Shown: positions 11,837 to 23,867 of the stretch, one piece after another
Position numbering within the stretch: position 1 is the first letter of the stretch
Layout of the letters: each line of letters opens with the position of its first letter
Assembly: GCA_002633005.1 (NCBI GenBank)
Contig: NMRA01000227.1
Coordinates: 587,435 to 651,434, forward strand
Length of the DNA stretch: 64,000 nucleotides
Origin: Phoronis australis
Taxonomy: Eukaryota > Animalia > Phoronida
Reading direction: 5' to 3'
Made by a program: the position numbers and the translations under genes
The notes under the pieces: generated by a model
Seen by the model: only the letters and a program-made list of their open reading frames with translations
Database searches by the model: none
Told to the model about the DNA's origin: nothing

Positions 11837-14800
11837 CATTATTCAAACCATTGTACCTTTTCCCTATACGGTTCTGTAGAAGAGGAACCTGCCTTCGCGG
11901 CCCCCGAGGAGTATGCAGATGTGCAAATTCGCGGCAAATTCAACAAACTATTCACGTGCACATTATTTCTTTGGTTCACTAGTCTAGTCTTTTCGTGACA
12001 GGAGCTTTAGTTTTCAACTTTCGCAGCTGACTAACCTAGCTGGTTTATATTTGTAATGTCTCTAGTCCGGCTGCGACAGGACTGATCGGGTTCCAAGCCA
12101 CTAAGTTATAACGAGCGTTTTGTATTTAGAACTGAAAAAATTCGCAAGTCTAAAATTACAACACACGGCTATGTTCTCTTGTTTGTATTTCACGGAAGAA
12201 TAAATAATTCGAATTTATCACCGAACAGAGCACAGAGCCCAAACTCCAGAGACCGACCTTGGTAAATTGGCCTACCGAACTTTGTAGGCTATGGTACCTT
12301 CAAATACCTATAAATCCGTAACAGCGAAATAAAACAACACGTTTGTTCAAGAACTCGATGTAGCTGTAAGGGTTTTACATTGAATTTTAATGATTTATTG
12401 GTGTAAAACGATGATATAAAGCGATAAGCTGACACCAGTAAGCATCTTGTGAACTGCTGAGCAGACTGTGATAGAACCTGTGACGTCATTGGTTTATTTC
12501 AGCACCTCCGTCTGCCGTCTGGTGTCACGTAAAATCCCTAGATATGTATTGGGTCACATTTGGTTTTTCTGACGCAAAACGTGTTTTCATTTTTATGCTG
12601 ATTTTACAAAATTGTTTTTTTCGATAAAAAGCTGTCAACTTCGTAAGACTATTGAAACATTTTAAAAGTTCGGAATAACTATGATTTTTTTCTCTGAATG
12701 TGTGTGACCTTAAGATCCAGAAACGCTTCATGTTTAAGATTCACGTTTTTAGTATTCAAGTGCTGGCTTTTCAAAAATTGAGAATGAGATTATTTCGGCC
12801 ATCTTTAATATGAAATCAGGGGCGAACCGTTACCCCTTCTGCTAACTTTAGCGATTTTTCTTTGCAGTCCGGTGACAACATTCACTTCAAATTGGTAGTG
12901 AAGGGGCAGTAGTGCGATGAGTATGGGACAACAGTGAAACTGGTGATGATTGTGAAGGTTCCGGGGGCGACTTCGTTCCCTCAACACATTACAAAACGCT
13001 ATTATACCCATACAGTGAAGTCTGCCTGTACATCAAAGATCAGTCCCTAAAATACACAAAAGCAGAGTTATGTAACTAGAAAACATACAACTAAACGTTT
13101 ACCTTTCAACAGGCTTTCATGGTATGGGTGATGAAATCGTCTCTTATTTGTGATTCTTTTTAAGAGTTGGGTAACCAGTTCAGCGGCCTAAAGAAGTGTT
13201 GTCAATGTCTTCTCGAGCGGACACACGAAAATAATCCTAATTGCATAAACCATTTTTGCCATTTACGGTATAGATTTCCTGGATGATTAGCGTGCACCCA
13301 AACAGCGTGCCCCCAAAAAGCTGCCTTTGTTAGATAATTCTCATAGTACTGGCGTGAAAGTTAAAAAAATGTCCCCTTGTATAAATATAACTTCCCACTT
13401 CCATTTACTTAAACGTGATCACCCATATAATGGCCCTTATGCCTGCATTCAAACATTTGCAGTAATCCTTGCTACAGAGGTTGGTAATATAGTGAGATGT
13501 TATGGTGAGAGCTTGTAATATGTAAAAATGCTGGAGGATGTAGTTATTAAGTCCAATGACCTTGGCCTTTTTCAAATTTGTATAATTGGCATTTTTAGAA
13601 TCTGTACATAGTGATGCATGTCAAATATTATCTGATGAGTATTTTGTTGGTATCAGAAGCTTCCGCCCTTGGCCTTGATCGCAAAGGGTCCTTCTGTAAA
13701 TTTTAACCCCAACGATAACAGCGATTAAAAGTACGAATCAATATTTTGTCTATTTTTCCTTCTTGTTACAGCAGACTAAGCTGATGTGACGATATATAGT
13801 ATTGAACAAATCAAAATGTATGAACATACATCATCAAGAAGGAATTGTTGATCTCTAAACCTCGTCAATCAACCAACAGAAAAAGACATTCACTTAACAA
13901 AGCTTCCTAGTAGAACGGGCTGGGTATTAACCCAGGTGTTCTAGAGCTTCGTGTAAAAGTTGCGGTCTGATTTAGAGGTGGCAGCCATGCGATATGGACC
14001 TCTTTTAGCCTGTCATTTCATTTAATCCTTTTTTCTGGCTATTTTTCGCTAACCTCGTCTCTTTAAATACGGCTGCAAGGGTACACTTGAAAACAGTTCT
14101 TTGTACATCTGCAAACTTTATGCCAAGAACGTGTTCACGTCACGAGCAAATCAGGAGCTCCCTTTGCCTTTGTGTGGTGCCCACATAGACTCAGTCTCAT
14201 TAGAACTGGACCGTGGCCACCACTCTTTAAAGAAGTCGATGGATGTGCTGATGCTCCAAATGCATTCGGGGCAGACACCCACTGCCTTGCAATGTCATCA
14301 AATGCAGTTTCCCTCACTAGATCACACGATTGTCTATCAAGGCCCAAGGGAGTATTTATTTCAAACAAAGAAGTGAACAATATATTGTGCATCCGTGCAC
14401 CGAGCAATGTATCAAACACGCCCACTCTGGCCAGGGTGGAGGTGCAGTGGCGGATCTAGAATATCACAAGGGGGGGCCCAACATTTTCTCCGGTTGTAAG
14501 CATTTGCGCAAACCACGATTGTAGATGAGCACAGCACCGAATGGGGGGAGGCCCAGGAAATTTTTCTGTTTTTTCCTCTAAAAATCAAGCATCTTCCTTG
14601 ATTTCTGATGTATTATCCAAGAAAAAAAGAAAAAAAAACACGGAGAACGTGTCACACAGGAAAAATTGCGAGCTTCACAGACTCGGACTCACGACCTAGA
14701 TGATAGAACGCGCGTGCTTTACCACTACACCACGACTTCACTAATACAAAGAAACTAAGAGAGCTACTTGTTTATTTGGTCCACAGCGTTTGCGCGCGAA

Positions 14801-17800
14801 ATCTACTTCTTTTTGTAATGTTTATTACACGTTTTATATTTTGTGTAATCGGTTTTTAACAAATTTGTTGTATTTAAAATAGTCTTCAAATGCCCAAAAG
14901 ACCAAATCCGTTTTTCGTGTTGGCAAAAATGACGGGATTGCTTTAGAAATCGTCTTAAGTTAAGGTTTGACAAAGAGAGAATTAATGAGTTTCTGAGTGA
15001 TTCACTTAGGCTTCGATTAAAATTCACATTTTACCAGCAGCTTCAGTTTTTTCATCGTCACTCAGGCTCCATTTTCTTTAAAAAATGAAGTAAAATTTCC
15101 CCATTGCACAGTGGAGCAGACGACGGAAACGGAGTCGTAGTGCGTAGCGCCACTGCCGGTCGCCTGGGATATCGCGGGAGAGCTTACACTTAGCCATAGT
15201 TCCGTTACGAATGCGCCGTGTTCCGAATTTGACACTTGAAATTGGATCTGAGCCCCCCCCCCAAACACTAAAACTGCACACATTTAAATCTTTTTCATCC
15301 GTATAATTTTAACTACCGGGGCAAACTAATGAACTCAACATTTCCCTACGCTCCTGCTGTTTTATTTTTTCTGCGGCAGCCAAGAGGGGGAGGGGGGCCT
15401 GGCCCCCCCTAAATCCGCCTATGAGGTGGATATGAATCCACTGGTAAAATTCCAGCCAATTCTGTGACGGGCCATGTAATTTTTTTTGATTTCATAGGTT
15501 CTCTCAGAAATTGCTACTTAACTGTTTTAAAATTCTAACTGTTCGAATTTGCTACACCAGTTCAAGCGTTTTACCGTTGTGTGTCCATGTATACTTTTGC
15601 TTGCCTTTCTGTTTCCTTTACTGAAAAGATATAAGGCCAAAAAGTATAGTCGATTGTGGTCTGTTCAGTTTTGGAAATCGATTTGGTGGTGCAATATTTC
15701 ATTTAGTTGCTCGCTTTTCTAAAAAGGAGACGAGCAAAAATGGCGGGGCATCTTATTACTCAATTCTAACCAGTTTTCGTGGGAGGGACGCTACCTGAAC
15801 TTGTGTCAGTGCTCGGTCAGCTAACTTGCCAAGGTTTTATATTTTCAAACCCGCAAGTTCATCAGTTAAACGCAACAAGTTACCAATATTTACACAAGTA
15901 ACCCCATCGATCATCGACGTCAGTGACATTTCAGTTTCCGTCTCCTCTCGTTTGGCCTTATTCTGCCAGTTCCCGATGTCAGAAGTTGCTTGACCATGAC
16001 TTATTGAGCATGATCACTATATGAGTGTTTATAACGTACGGTTATCACTAGAGTGCGGAATAACAATTTTTTGAGAAATTAGAATACTTATCTTAGTACA
16101 CTAGCTAAATATAGAACTCGACATGTTGACTGAAATTGTTCGTGATCGCCACATTCTGGGTAACGTATGTCACGTGGCATTCTTCGTTATGAATATTTAT
16201 GAGCTATGATTGCAAGATCTCTGTTTATGTCAAAGTTTTGTCTCAAAAATTGTGTATCACAATGATTCAGGAGCAGACATTTATCCAGTGAGGTTTAACT
16301 CCACCAGCTGCCGCGAAGATGCAGTTCCGAATCCGTTCCGGAGCTGATCTCCGAAAATCACCTTTCTCGCCATAATACTACTTTAAACTGCTACTTTTAA
16401 CGATTTGTCGCCGTTGTGTTTCTTCTACTGTCTCCGATATGCCTGCTAGTACACACTGTCCGCATTACTTAGATTACCAGGTGGACTTCTCTGAATTTTT
16501 GTATGGAAAAATAAAAAAGTTGGCCAGATGATACTGTTTTCATTCCTCGAAATTCTCTTTCGTTTTTGAGCCCCGACGGCAAAAACGACCGACGAGCGCC
16601 AGTCGCAAAGAAAGCTGTGATTTGGAGCTGAGCGAGACAAAGTAATTTATTTTTCACGACAGACAGAAAAACAAATGCAACCTACAAGTCATAACAGTCG
16701 GGTTTTGTGTGCCGCCATGATGGCGATCACGGTGCATTGTTATTTGAGTGGACAAATCAAGTTGCTTGCGCTTTTCATTTACAGGTACAGTGGCGATTCT
16801 AGGATATCACAAGGGGGGGTCCAACATTTTGTCCGGCTGTAAGCATTTACGCAAACCACGATTGTAGATGCGTAATGCACCGAATGGGGGAGGTCGGGGT
16901 TTGCCCCCCTCCTGCCCAGGAAATTTTTCTGTTTTTCCTCTAAAAATCAAGCATTTTCCTTGATTCCTGAAGTATTATCCAAGAAAAAAAGGCAAAAGAA
17001 AAAAAAAAAAAAAAAAACACGGAGAACGTGTCAAACAGGAAAACCGCATGTACCACTGACTCGAACTCACGCCCTGGCGGAGAGAGCGCGCTTGCTTTAC
17101 CACTACACGTTTTATATTTTGTGCAATCAGTTCCTAACAAATTTGTTGTACTTAAAATAGTCTTCAAATGCCCAAAAGACCAAATCCGTTTTTCGTGGTG
17201 GCAATAACGACGGGATTGCTTTGGAAATCGTCTTAAGTTAAGGTTTGACAAAGAGAGAATTATGTGTTTCTGAGTGATTCACCAAGGCTTCGATTAAAAT
17301 TCACATCTTACCAGCAGTTTCTGTTTTTTCATCGTCACTCAGATTCCATTTTCTTTAAAAATGAAGTAAATTTTCTTCATTGCACAGAGGAGCAGACGAC
17401 GGAAACGGAGTCGTAGTGAGCAGCGCCACTGCCGGTCGCCTGGGATATCGCGGGAGAGCTTATACTTAGCCATAGTTCTGTTACGAATGCGCCGTGTTCC
17501 AAATTTGACTCTTGAAATTGGATCTGAGCCCCCCCCCAAAAAAAAACACTAAAACTGCACACATTTAAATCTTGTTTCATCCGTATAATTTTAATTACCG
17601 GGGTTAATTAATAAACTCAACATTTCCCTACGCTCAGATTGCTGTTTTATTTTTTTGCGGCAGCCAAGGAGAGGGGGGTGGGCCCCCTGGGCCCCCTAAA
17701 TCCTCCTATGAGGTAATTATGCATTGCTTGAAAAGTCATGGAGTTTCAAATCTTGCTTGCCGTGCTCTTTTGCAACTTTTTCAAGAAAGAAAGAACAGCA

Positions 17801-20502
17801 CGAGATGTAGGGGAAGTCTTTTTATTCCTTAAGTTAGTGAGCAGCACAGGTCAAAAAATGTGTTGGGAGTACAGACCAGAACCAACCGTGATTTTTTTGG
17901 CCTAATGTCTGATTTAACAAAGCTATTAACTGAGCAATCCCAACAAAGCGTCTATCAAGTAAAGATGCCTTCGGAATTTTTTTCTTATGAAAACAATTAC
18001 GATTTTTGAAAAAAACGTGGTTTGTTAATAAGTTCGACGATGAGTGTCGCTCTTTTCTTACAATGACGGCACTTCTTTTTACAGTTGTTCGAAGCTTTGT
18101 ACGGAAAACGGGTGGAAGGTAATCCAGAGGTTTGGTTGAATATTGAAGCGTTCGAGAATTTGCGTGATTATCCGTGCTTGCCGCTTGACAAAACTGGATC
18201 AGGTGAGAACCACATACTCATGGGCGACGCATTTTAGGGAGCTGGCGGGGGCTATAGCCCCCCACTTTGTCAGTGCTGCATCGTACATGGTCTATGGGCG
18301 GTGCACCACAGGGGGTCTGAGGGCTATAGCCCGCCACTTTTTCAGGCTGCGCCGCCCATGATACCGAAACCTTATTTCCAAGATACGAATGTAAAAATGA
18401 TCACCACCTAACCTATGAAGAATTCCATCAATGTACAACTCTTCATAACACATCAGAATCCTATTTCTTAAAACTGCTGCGTCAATTTGTGGTTCCTGAA
18501 ATATGCGTGCCAGCATTAATCATGCATTTAGGTAAACCCTTGGGTGTGGTATAACAACTGAGTAGTTTAAAACCAATTTTAGATGGTCATTGTCACTGTC
18601 ATTGCCAGTGTTGGTACTTTGGACTTTGAATTTGCATTCGACGACTGAGGTACTTTTCCAACGTAATCAAAGATATATATATATATATATATATCTATAA
18701 AATCTTTGACGTAATTAAAGTGCTTTGGTCACGGCCTCGTAGTAGTTCAGAAAAGTGCCAAAATACGTCGATGTGCGCTGAACTCCTGAAAAGAGCGACA
18801 AAACGAAATTGTTATGATAGATTGACCGCTATTTTGTGTTGCGGTAAGGTATGGATCGATTGATGGAGAGAACTGTCAAATCCAGGCTCGACTGGTCGAT
18901 TGCCGCAGCAGGATCGTTCGTCCAAAAGGTGTCATCCTTTGCATGGGACGCTGACTTTGAATGCTTGGATGGAGGGTATTCAACCAGTTTGGCAGACGAT
19001 ATTATTTCTGAAGGTTCAAAGCCGATAGTGAGTCACTGCCGCTTTCACTCGCCATCGAATGAGTCGATCGTTGTCATTGGTTACAACTTGGATGGCCTGA
19101 CACAAGGTTACACCGTAAGTTAGCAGAATTTCGAGCATGTAGAAAAACTGTCGACTTTCTAGGGCATTGTGCCACTCTTGACATACCCTCTCCTATTTTC
19201 CTTTTAAGTTTAGATCGGACCTCATAGAGAATCTGTTCCTTCAGTCAAAACTGTAGATTTAGCTTTAAAAAGTACCGTATATATTATCTTAAAAGTAAAA
19301 AGCCTGTTAAATTTCATTGTTGATTGTATACCAATTTGCTGCAGGTTGGGTCACATGACCATATCTTTTGGTAGAATTTACCAAAAAAGAAATGCTCAAT
19401 CATAGCAAAACAACGATATCAATAGAGAAAAGTTTGTTTGGTATTGGTGTTCAAGCTGAAATTCAAAAACGCTGTTACATTTTTCTAAGTTAACCATTTC
19501 GTTTTCGTTTTACGCAACTTTTGATTTTCCATAGAAATTATGAAAGTAGTACTTTCGACAGCCCTAATGCAAAAGTGGATCAATTTGAAAAACACAATGT
19601 TTCCTAAGAGTGCTTTGGAGATCAGCGCATAAGACAGTGTGCGTGAAAAATTGATATGAATCCGATCAGTCTTTCTGAGTTATGATGATCCGAAGATGGT
19701 CAAGTTTGGACATTTGTCTTAGGTCCTACATAACGTATCGTTTTTATGTGGAAATAAATCAAATTCATATTCTATCTAAACAAGGTTTAGAGAGTGGGGC
19801 TTACCGCTCTACTGGTCGATTTGACCGCACAATAGTGTTGATCGTTAATGCACGTTTTTTGTTATCTATGTTAAAGTGATGTGCAGCATGTCAAATACAG
19901 CAGCTGGAAACGTTTTTGATGAGATTGCAGGTTAATGGAAATAACCTCTTATGCTAATTCAATGATTCTGGCATTTATTTACAAATATAAAGCACTGTAT
20001 ACTTTTTATCCCTTTGTTTCTAATCCATTGAACTATTTCCTCTTGTTCGACATTATAAGAAACAAGATGATACGTAAATGTATTTCCTAAGTGTATGATT
20101 GATGCTTGACTGCAGGTCAATCGGATATTATTTCCGTTTGTATTTATCTCTTCTATAGGTATTATTTCGAACCTTTTCTTAACTTCCAGTGGATTATTCT
20201 AAATGCGATCTTCACAAAATGTACATGGTATCATTTATCAAAAATTTCAAGAACATGCTGAAAGACATTTATTTCAGGTTACGTGGGTTGATAGATACAA
20301 CAAAACTCAAGTAGATACAGTTCATGGGTACTACTTCGAAATGGACTACGGGATTGTGCATGGACTTGTGCCGTCACTTCAATACGTCATGCTGTGGGAC
20401 ATTCCAAATATGCAGAATATTGCACCGACAGGCTTCATCAAAGTGGCGGCAGGTGGCGCTTATCATTCTTGCAGTTTCCCGTATATTTACCGTTACACCT
20501 AA
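8301..20502 (+). CDS. 5-exon gene, 573 aa: secreted DUF4434/DUF5109-like putative glycoside hydrolase (TIM barrel)
   Basis: Exons 8301-8746, 10422-11088, 18085-18202, 18849-19114, 20278-20502 join in frame (phases 2,0,1,0) with GT-AG introns; hydrophobic N-terminus; motifs GSWF..W..VL..FQKTGGDTV, LLVESASKKNMSVFLGL, LTGYY, WLNIEAF, VQKVSSFAWD resemble DUF4434-type proteins; AATAAA at 20511. Confidence 0.75.
10422..11088 (+). CDS. DUF4434-like gene exon 2
   Basis: Acceptor CTTATAG at 10421; donor GAG|GTGAGT at 11089; overlaps the 222-aa ORF 10462-11130. Confidence 0.85.
11759..11832. repeat. (TA)n microsatellite
   Basis: Perfect TA run of roughly 35 units. Confidence 0.95.
14445..15423 (+). 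mobile_element. Family A DNA transposon copy 2 (5-bp TSD AGGTG)
   Basis: CAGTGGCGGATCTAG...CTAAATCCGCCTATG; AGGTG on both sides. Confidence 0.9.
15635..17902. mobile_element. PIF/Harbinger-like non-autonomous element with TAA TSD, containing nested family A copy 3
   Basis: TAA|GGCCAAAAAG..GGTCTGT at left and ACAGACC..TTTTTTTGGCC|TAA at right. Confidence 0.65.
16788..17710 (+). mobile_element. Family A DNA transposon copy 3 (5-bp TSD AGGTA; ~100-bp internal deletion)
   Basis: CAGTGGCGATTCTAGG...CTAAATCCTCCTATG; AGGTA on both sides; deletion between two TACAC microhomologies relative to copy 2. Confidence 0.9.
18085..18202 (+). CDS. DUF4434-like gene exon 3 (LFEALYGKRVEGNPEVWLNIEAFENLRDYPCLPLDKTGS)
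   Basis: Acceptor TTCTTTTTACAG; donor G|GTGAGA; frame not in the ORF track but phases fit exons 2 and 4. Confidence 0.8.
18219..18360. mobile_element. Short MITE family D (CATGGGCG...CGCCGCCCATG), internally duplicated
   Basis: TIRs, repeated GGGCTATAGCCC palindrome, flanks ATACT/ATACC; related copies at 33518-33629. Confidence 0.65.
18849..19114 (+). CDS. DUF4434-like gene exon 4
   Basis: Acceptor TAAG at 18848, donor ACC|GTAAGT; matches ORF 18851-19123. Confidence 0.8.
20278..20502 (+). CDS. DUF4434-like gene exon 5 (terminal)
   Basis: Acceptor TTTATTTCAG; TAA at 20500-20502; AATAAA at 20511. Confidence 0.8.
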   Translation, partial: VTWVDRYNKTQVDTVHGYYFEMDYGIVHGLVPSLQYVMLWDIPNMQNIAPTGFIKVAAGGAYHSCSFPYIYRYT

Positions 20503-21539
20503 TTACGCAAAATAAAATTTCTCTATTTGAAATCCCTTAACAGCTTGCATTTTCCTTTAGCTATCAGACTCGGTTCACAAGCACAGATTGGACTTTATGT
20601 CAAAGTGACTGCTCCTCACCTTCGCACACATGCTGTTTACCACATAGATACGAGTTGACGTGAGTCAGCTTTGAATACGTAAGTTTCCCTGCATTAAAAT
20701 TATGTAATTCCGACTAAATGGAATAAATTCAGACAACTTATGCTTTGCAGTCCTGAATCTAGGCATAACAGGGTTACAGTTTCTCGGGGAAATTTCTTTG
20801 CCACAACTTCCTAATGTTTCATTTTTTACTGAACAATACTTTGCATCTTCGAGGACTTGGATATTGTAACACAAAATGCTCCGTTACACTGAATCAGTCC
20901 AAGGTCAACCTTTATAAAAATTTGTGACGTTAGTCTGTGTCCTTGAAGATAAGTCTTCCGTTCCAGTGAAAAAGACTGAAATTCTGTGGTCACACCATTT
21001 GTGTTCTTTTGAGACAGTTATCCAGCTATGCACCTCCGTAACCACGCAATTCGTGACCACTGTACAAAATCATAAGCGACTCTAACTTCAGTGTCTTTCA
21101 TGTTTTTTTCCAAAAGCCAGTGCTGAGCGAAAACAAGAGGATGGATCTCAACTCCCGCTTTCTGTGAAAGTAAGTTGAGTAGGTCAATTTACTCCCACCT
21201 CGTATAGATTTGTAAATCTTCCACACCCATGTTCTCTCCTAAACAGTCCCATTCTATCTGCATCACAACCTCCGCTAGCATCACAGTCATAATCTTGGTA
21301 CCAAGGTAACCCGTGTTAGTACGCCAGTTGCAGCTAAGTCTGCAAGTCTTCGTTGTTTTATTGGCAGTTTGCCATTGAGTTTCGAATTATCTCTGCAGAC
21401 GTTTTTGACATCTCCTTCTGCCTGAAGGACTAATATATCAAACTGCATGCCGTAGACTGTTCTAAGGACCCTGAATTCAATTAATAAAGAGGTAAATTAA
21501 CCCAGCTCCCATCATGCCTATGATATTGTATTCACCCAT

Positions 21540-23867
21540 TTATCTCGTAGACATTTTCGTGGTACTGACGTTGCTGACAGACGTTTGAGACGATGTGAAG
21601 GACCTAAGTACCCGTTTGGTGCAAACAAACGCCACGAAGATGAAAACACCCTGTAAAGAATTCGTTGCGATGAAAAGATACCAAAGTGCTTCCACATTAA
21701 CAAATGTTGCTAGGATACCAAAAATCCATGTGAGTCCCAGAAGACAAAACAGTTTAATGTAGATCTCCACGCTCATGTCACGTGATCGATTCTTCATCAC
21801 TTTCGAAAACTTCAAAGAGCGATGAATGACGACAGCTGACATCGTGAATAAAATGATATTGACAGAACAGATGACAATCAAAGGGACGACAAACCAGGCA
21901 AGCATAGCATCTCTTTGCGCAATCCAGCAAACGCCGTTCTGTTCGTATTGCGGAGACAAGGTGCCTATTTCTGAAACCTTTCCCAAAACAGCAATAGTGG
22001 CAACCAGCGTAAAAGGTAAGGCCCAAGCATAGACACAGCACACCACAAGCTCGCGCCTTTTCGTCTCTGTTGCTAAGGATACCATCCAGAAGGTTTTCCA
22101 TGTCGTAAATGCTACGGCGTTCATCCAGAAGAACACCGACAAGTACGCCCAATGGGTGAAGGCACCAACTAAGAAACACATCATATAATGGTCACTGGCA
22201 AATGGACGAACGAGATAAGACATACCCGCCAAAAATAACGTGAATACCAGACAAAATTGCAACTTTCCAGGGTGCGAATGGTAGAACCTGACAGGATATT
22301 GTAAAATTACTCTAATTAGTAAACACACCTCAGAAATTGTTAAACAAATTATAGTAACTAAGCCCATTTCATCAGACGGTGACAAAATGGAGTCTTGTTT
22401 GTCGCACATCAGCACGCTGCCATTCTCAGATATGAATTCACCCTCTAGGAAAACCTGCCCTGACTTCATTCGAATACTGCCATCAATCAAAGCGTCATAG
22501 GAATTGCTCTCAATTGGCACTAAAGTACACGTCGTCGAAGTGTTTTTGGTGAGGCATATTTGATCCTTGTTTGACTCGAGAGTTACCATAACGTCATCCT
22601 CGTTTATGTCTTCGGCTAGTCTTACAGCCATTAGTGATTTGATGCTGCTCCTCATTTTGCGATATCTGATGTCTTCTGTGTCTGAATCACAGGCGTCTTG
22701 GTTACTCTCTGATAACTGGATCAAAAACGTATTTTCATTTAATGTAACCCAACACTTCTCCAGCGATCGATTAGAACAAAAACTAAAGTATAAAGGCACA
22801 ACGTCATCACATAATTCACTTAGAGCTCTTTCAATCTGTTCTGTGAGTTCACGAGAATCGTTTCGAATGGCCACAGTTATATTGACGTCAACAGCATATG
22901 AGCAATTTTGCTGTGTTACACGGGGTCTAGTTGTCGTAAATACATTTTTATCACCAAGGGAACGAATAATGGGCTCTCGGTCGCTTGTGTCCAGTAACAG
23001 GGAAAACGAAAATTTCCAAAGATTAGGTTTGTCGGCGGGCGCAGAATGCGGAGGAAGAAAGGGTATTTCGTGAACCTGCCATGCGCTAAGATTGTTGCAG
23101 AGTGCACAGAAGACGTTTTTGTAATAAAACTCCGTGTCATCATGAAAATTATAAAAAGAAACAAATTTCTGTCCGGCATGACACATTTTGTTCAGGGATT
23201 CATTTTTGCCATTTCCAGGACATCCAGATATGTGAGATATGCAATATCTGTTTGCAAATCCGTCGGGACTCTTCATTGAAAGCTTGCACCTTGGATCGTT
23301 GTGGCGTGTTTTCAGTTGTTCAAGAGTAGTAACAGGAGTCATGTCCCCTGTGTCCTTCAGACATTGAAGAGCAAACGTCCATGAGCGGTAATTCGATATA
23401 CCGTTGCATCTGGCACAAAACATGTTTTTGTAATGCGCCCCGGTATCCAAATCCGTGACAGGAATTTGTTGACCAATCTCTTCATTTGATGTACATTGCC
23501 TTTTGTTGCTCGGTTCCGCCTGTTCACCCGAACAACCAGAAACAAGAAGAGAATGCATGCCACCGGCTTCAAGGCAAGTGACCGTGACCGACGTGTTTCT
23601 CAAAATGTGATTGTACGCGCGTGCAACTGTGGGACAAACCTCTACGAAATCCATGCAGCAGTCTTGATACAGCGGACAGATGGAATCACACGAACACATC
23701 ATGGCTTCACTGTCATGCAGCCATCTTGGTCTGCTAACTGTATCGCCACATTTGTTATCACAAGAACCGAGAGCTGTGTCGCCTAGAACACGTGATCCCA
23801 TGATTAGCGCCCAAACCAACCAGCTGTAAAGTCTGAAACGAAGATGCAAACTGTTTTTTTTTTTCAT
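21540..23867 (-). CDS. Class B (secretin/adhesion/Methuselah-like) GPCR with somatomedin-B and Cys-rich ectodomain, 775 aa, single coding exon
   Basis: Signal peptide; SMB motif SCDNKCG..CSCDSICPLYQDCCMDFVEVC; two YKNxFCAxCN repeats; seven hydrophobic segments with HWAYLSVFFWMN, YAWALP, CWI, LLGLTWIFG, NSLQGVFIF typical of 7tm_2. Possible 5'UTR intron 23906-24381. Confidence 0.9.
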   Translation of the reverse strand: MKKKNSLHLRFRLYSWLVWALIMGSRVLGDTALGSCDNKCGDTVSRPRWLHDSEAMMCSCDSICPLYQDCCMDFVEVCPTVARAYNHILRNTSVTVTCLEAGGMHSLLVSGCSGEQAEPSNKRQCTSNEEIGQQIPVTDLDTGAHYKNMFCARCNGISNYRSWTFALQCLKDTGDMTPVTTLEQLKTRHNDPRCKLSMKSPDGFANRYCISHISGCPGNGKNESLNKMCHAGQKFVSFYNFHDDTEFYYKNVFCALCNNLSAWQVHEIPFLPPHSAPADKPNLWKFSFSLLLDTSDREPIIRSLGDKNVFTTTRPRVTQQNCSYAVDVNITVAIRNDSRELTEQIERALSELCDDVVPLYFSFCSNRSLEKCWVTLNENTFLIQLSESNQDACDSDTEDIRYRKMRSSIKSLMAVRLAEDINEDDVMVTLESNKDQICLTKNTSTTCTLVPIESNSYDALIDGSIRMKSGQVFLEGEFISENGSVLMCDKQDSILSPSDEMGLVTIICLTISEVCLLIRVILQYPVRFYHSHPGKLQFCLVFTLFLAGMSYLVRPFASDHYMMCFLVGAFTHWAYLSVFFWMNAVAFTTWKTFWMVSLATETKRRELVVCCVYAWALPFTLVATIAVLGKVSEIGTLSPQYEQNGVCWIAQRDAMLAWFVVPLIVICSVNIILFTMSAVVIHRSLKFSKVMKNRSRDMSVEIYIKLFCLLGLTWIFGILATFVNVEALWYLFIATNSLQGVFIFVAFVCTKRVLRSFTSSQTSVSNVSTTKMSTR

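Noticed and set aside
13940-14444. GC-balanced stretch interrupted by family A copy 2 that looks like decayed coding sequence (minus-strand DFFKEWWP)
   Set aside because: All frames have stops and I cannot assign a family by eye; needs translated search against transposase profiles.
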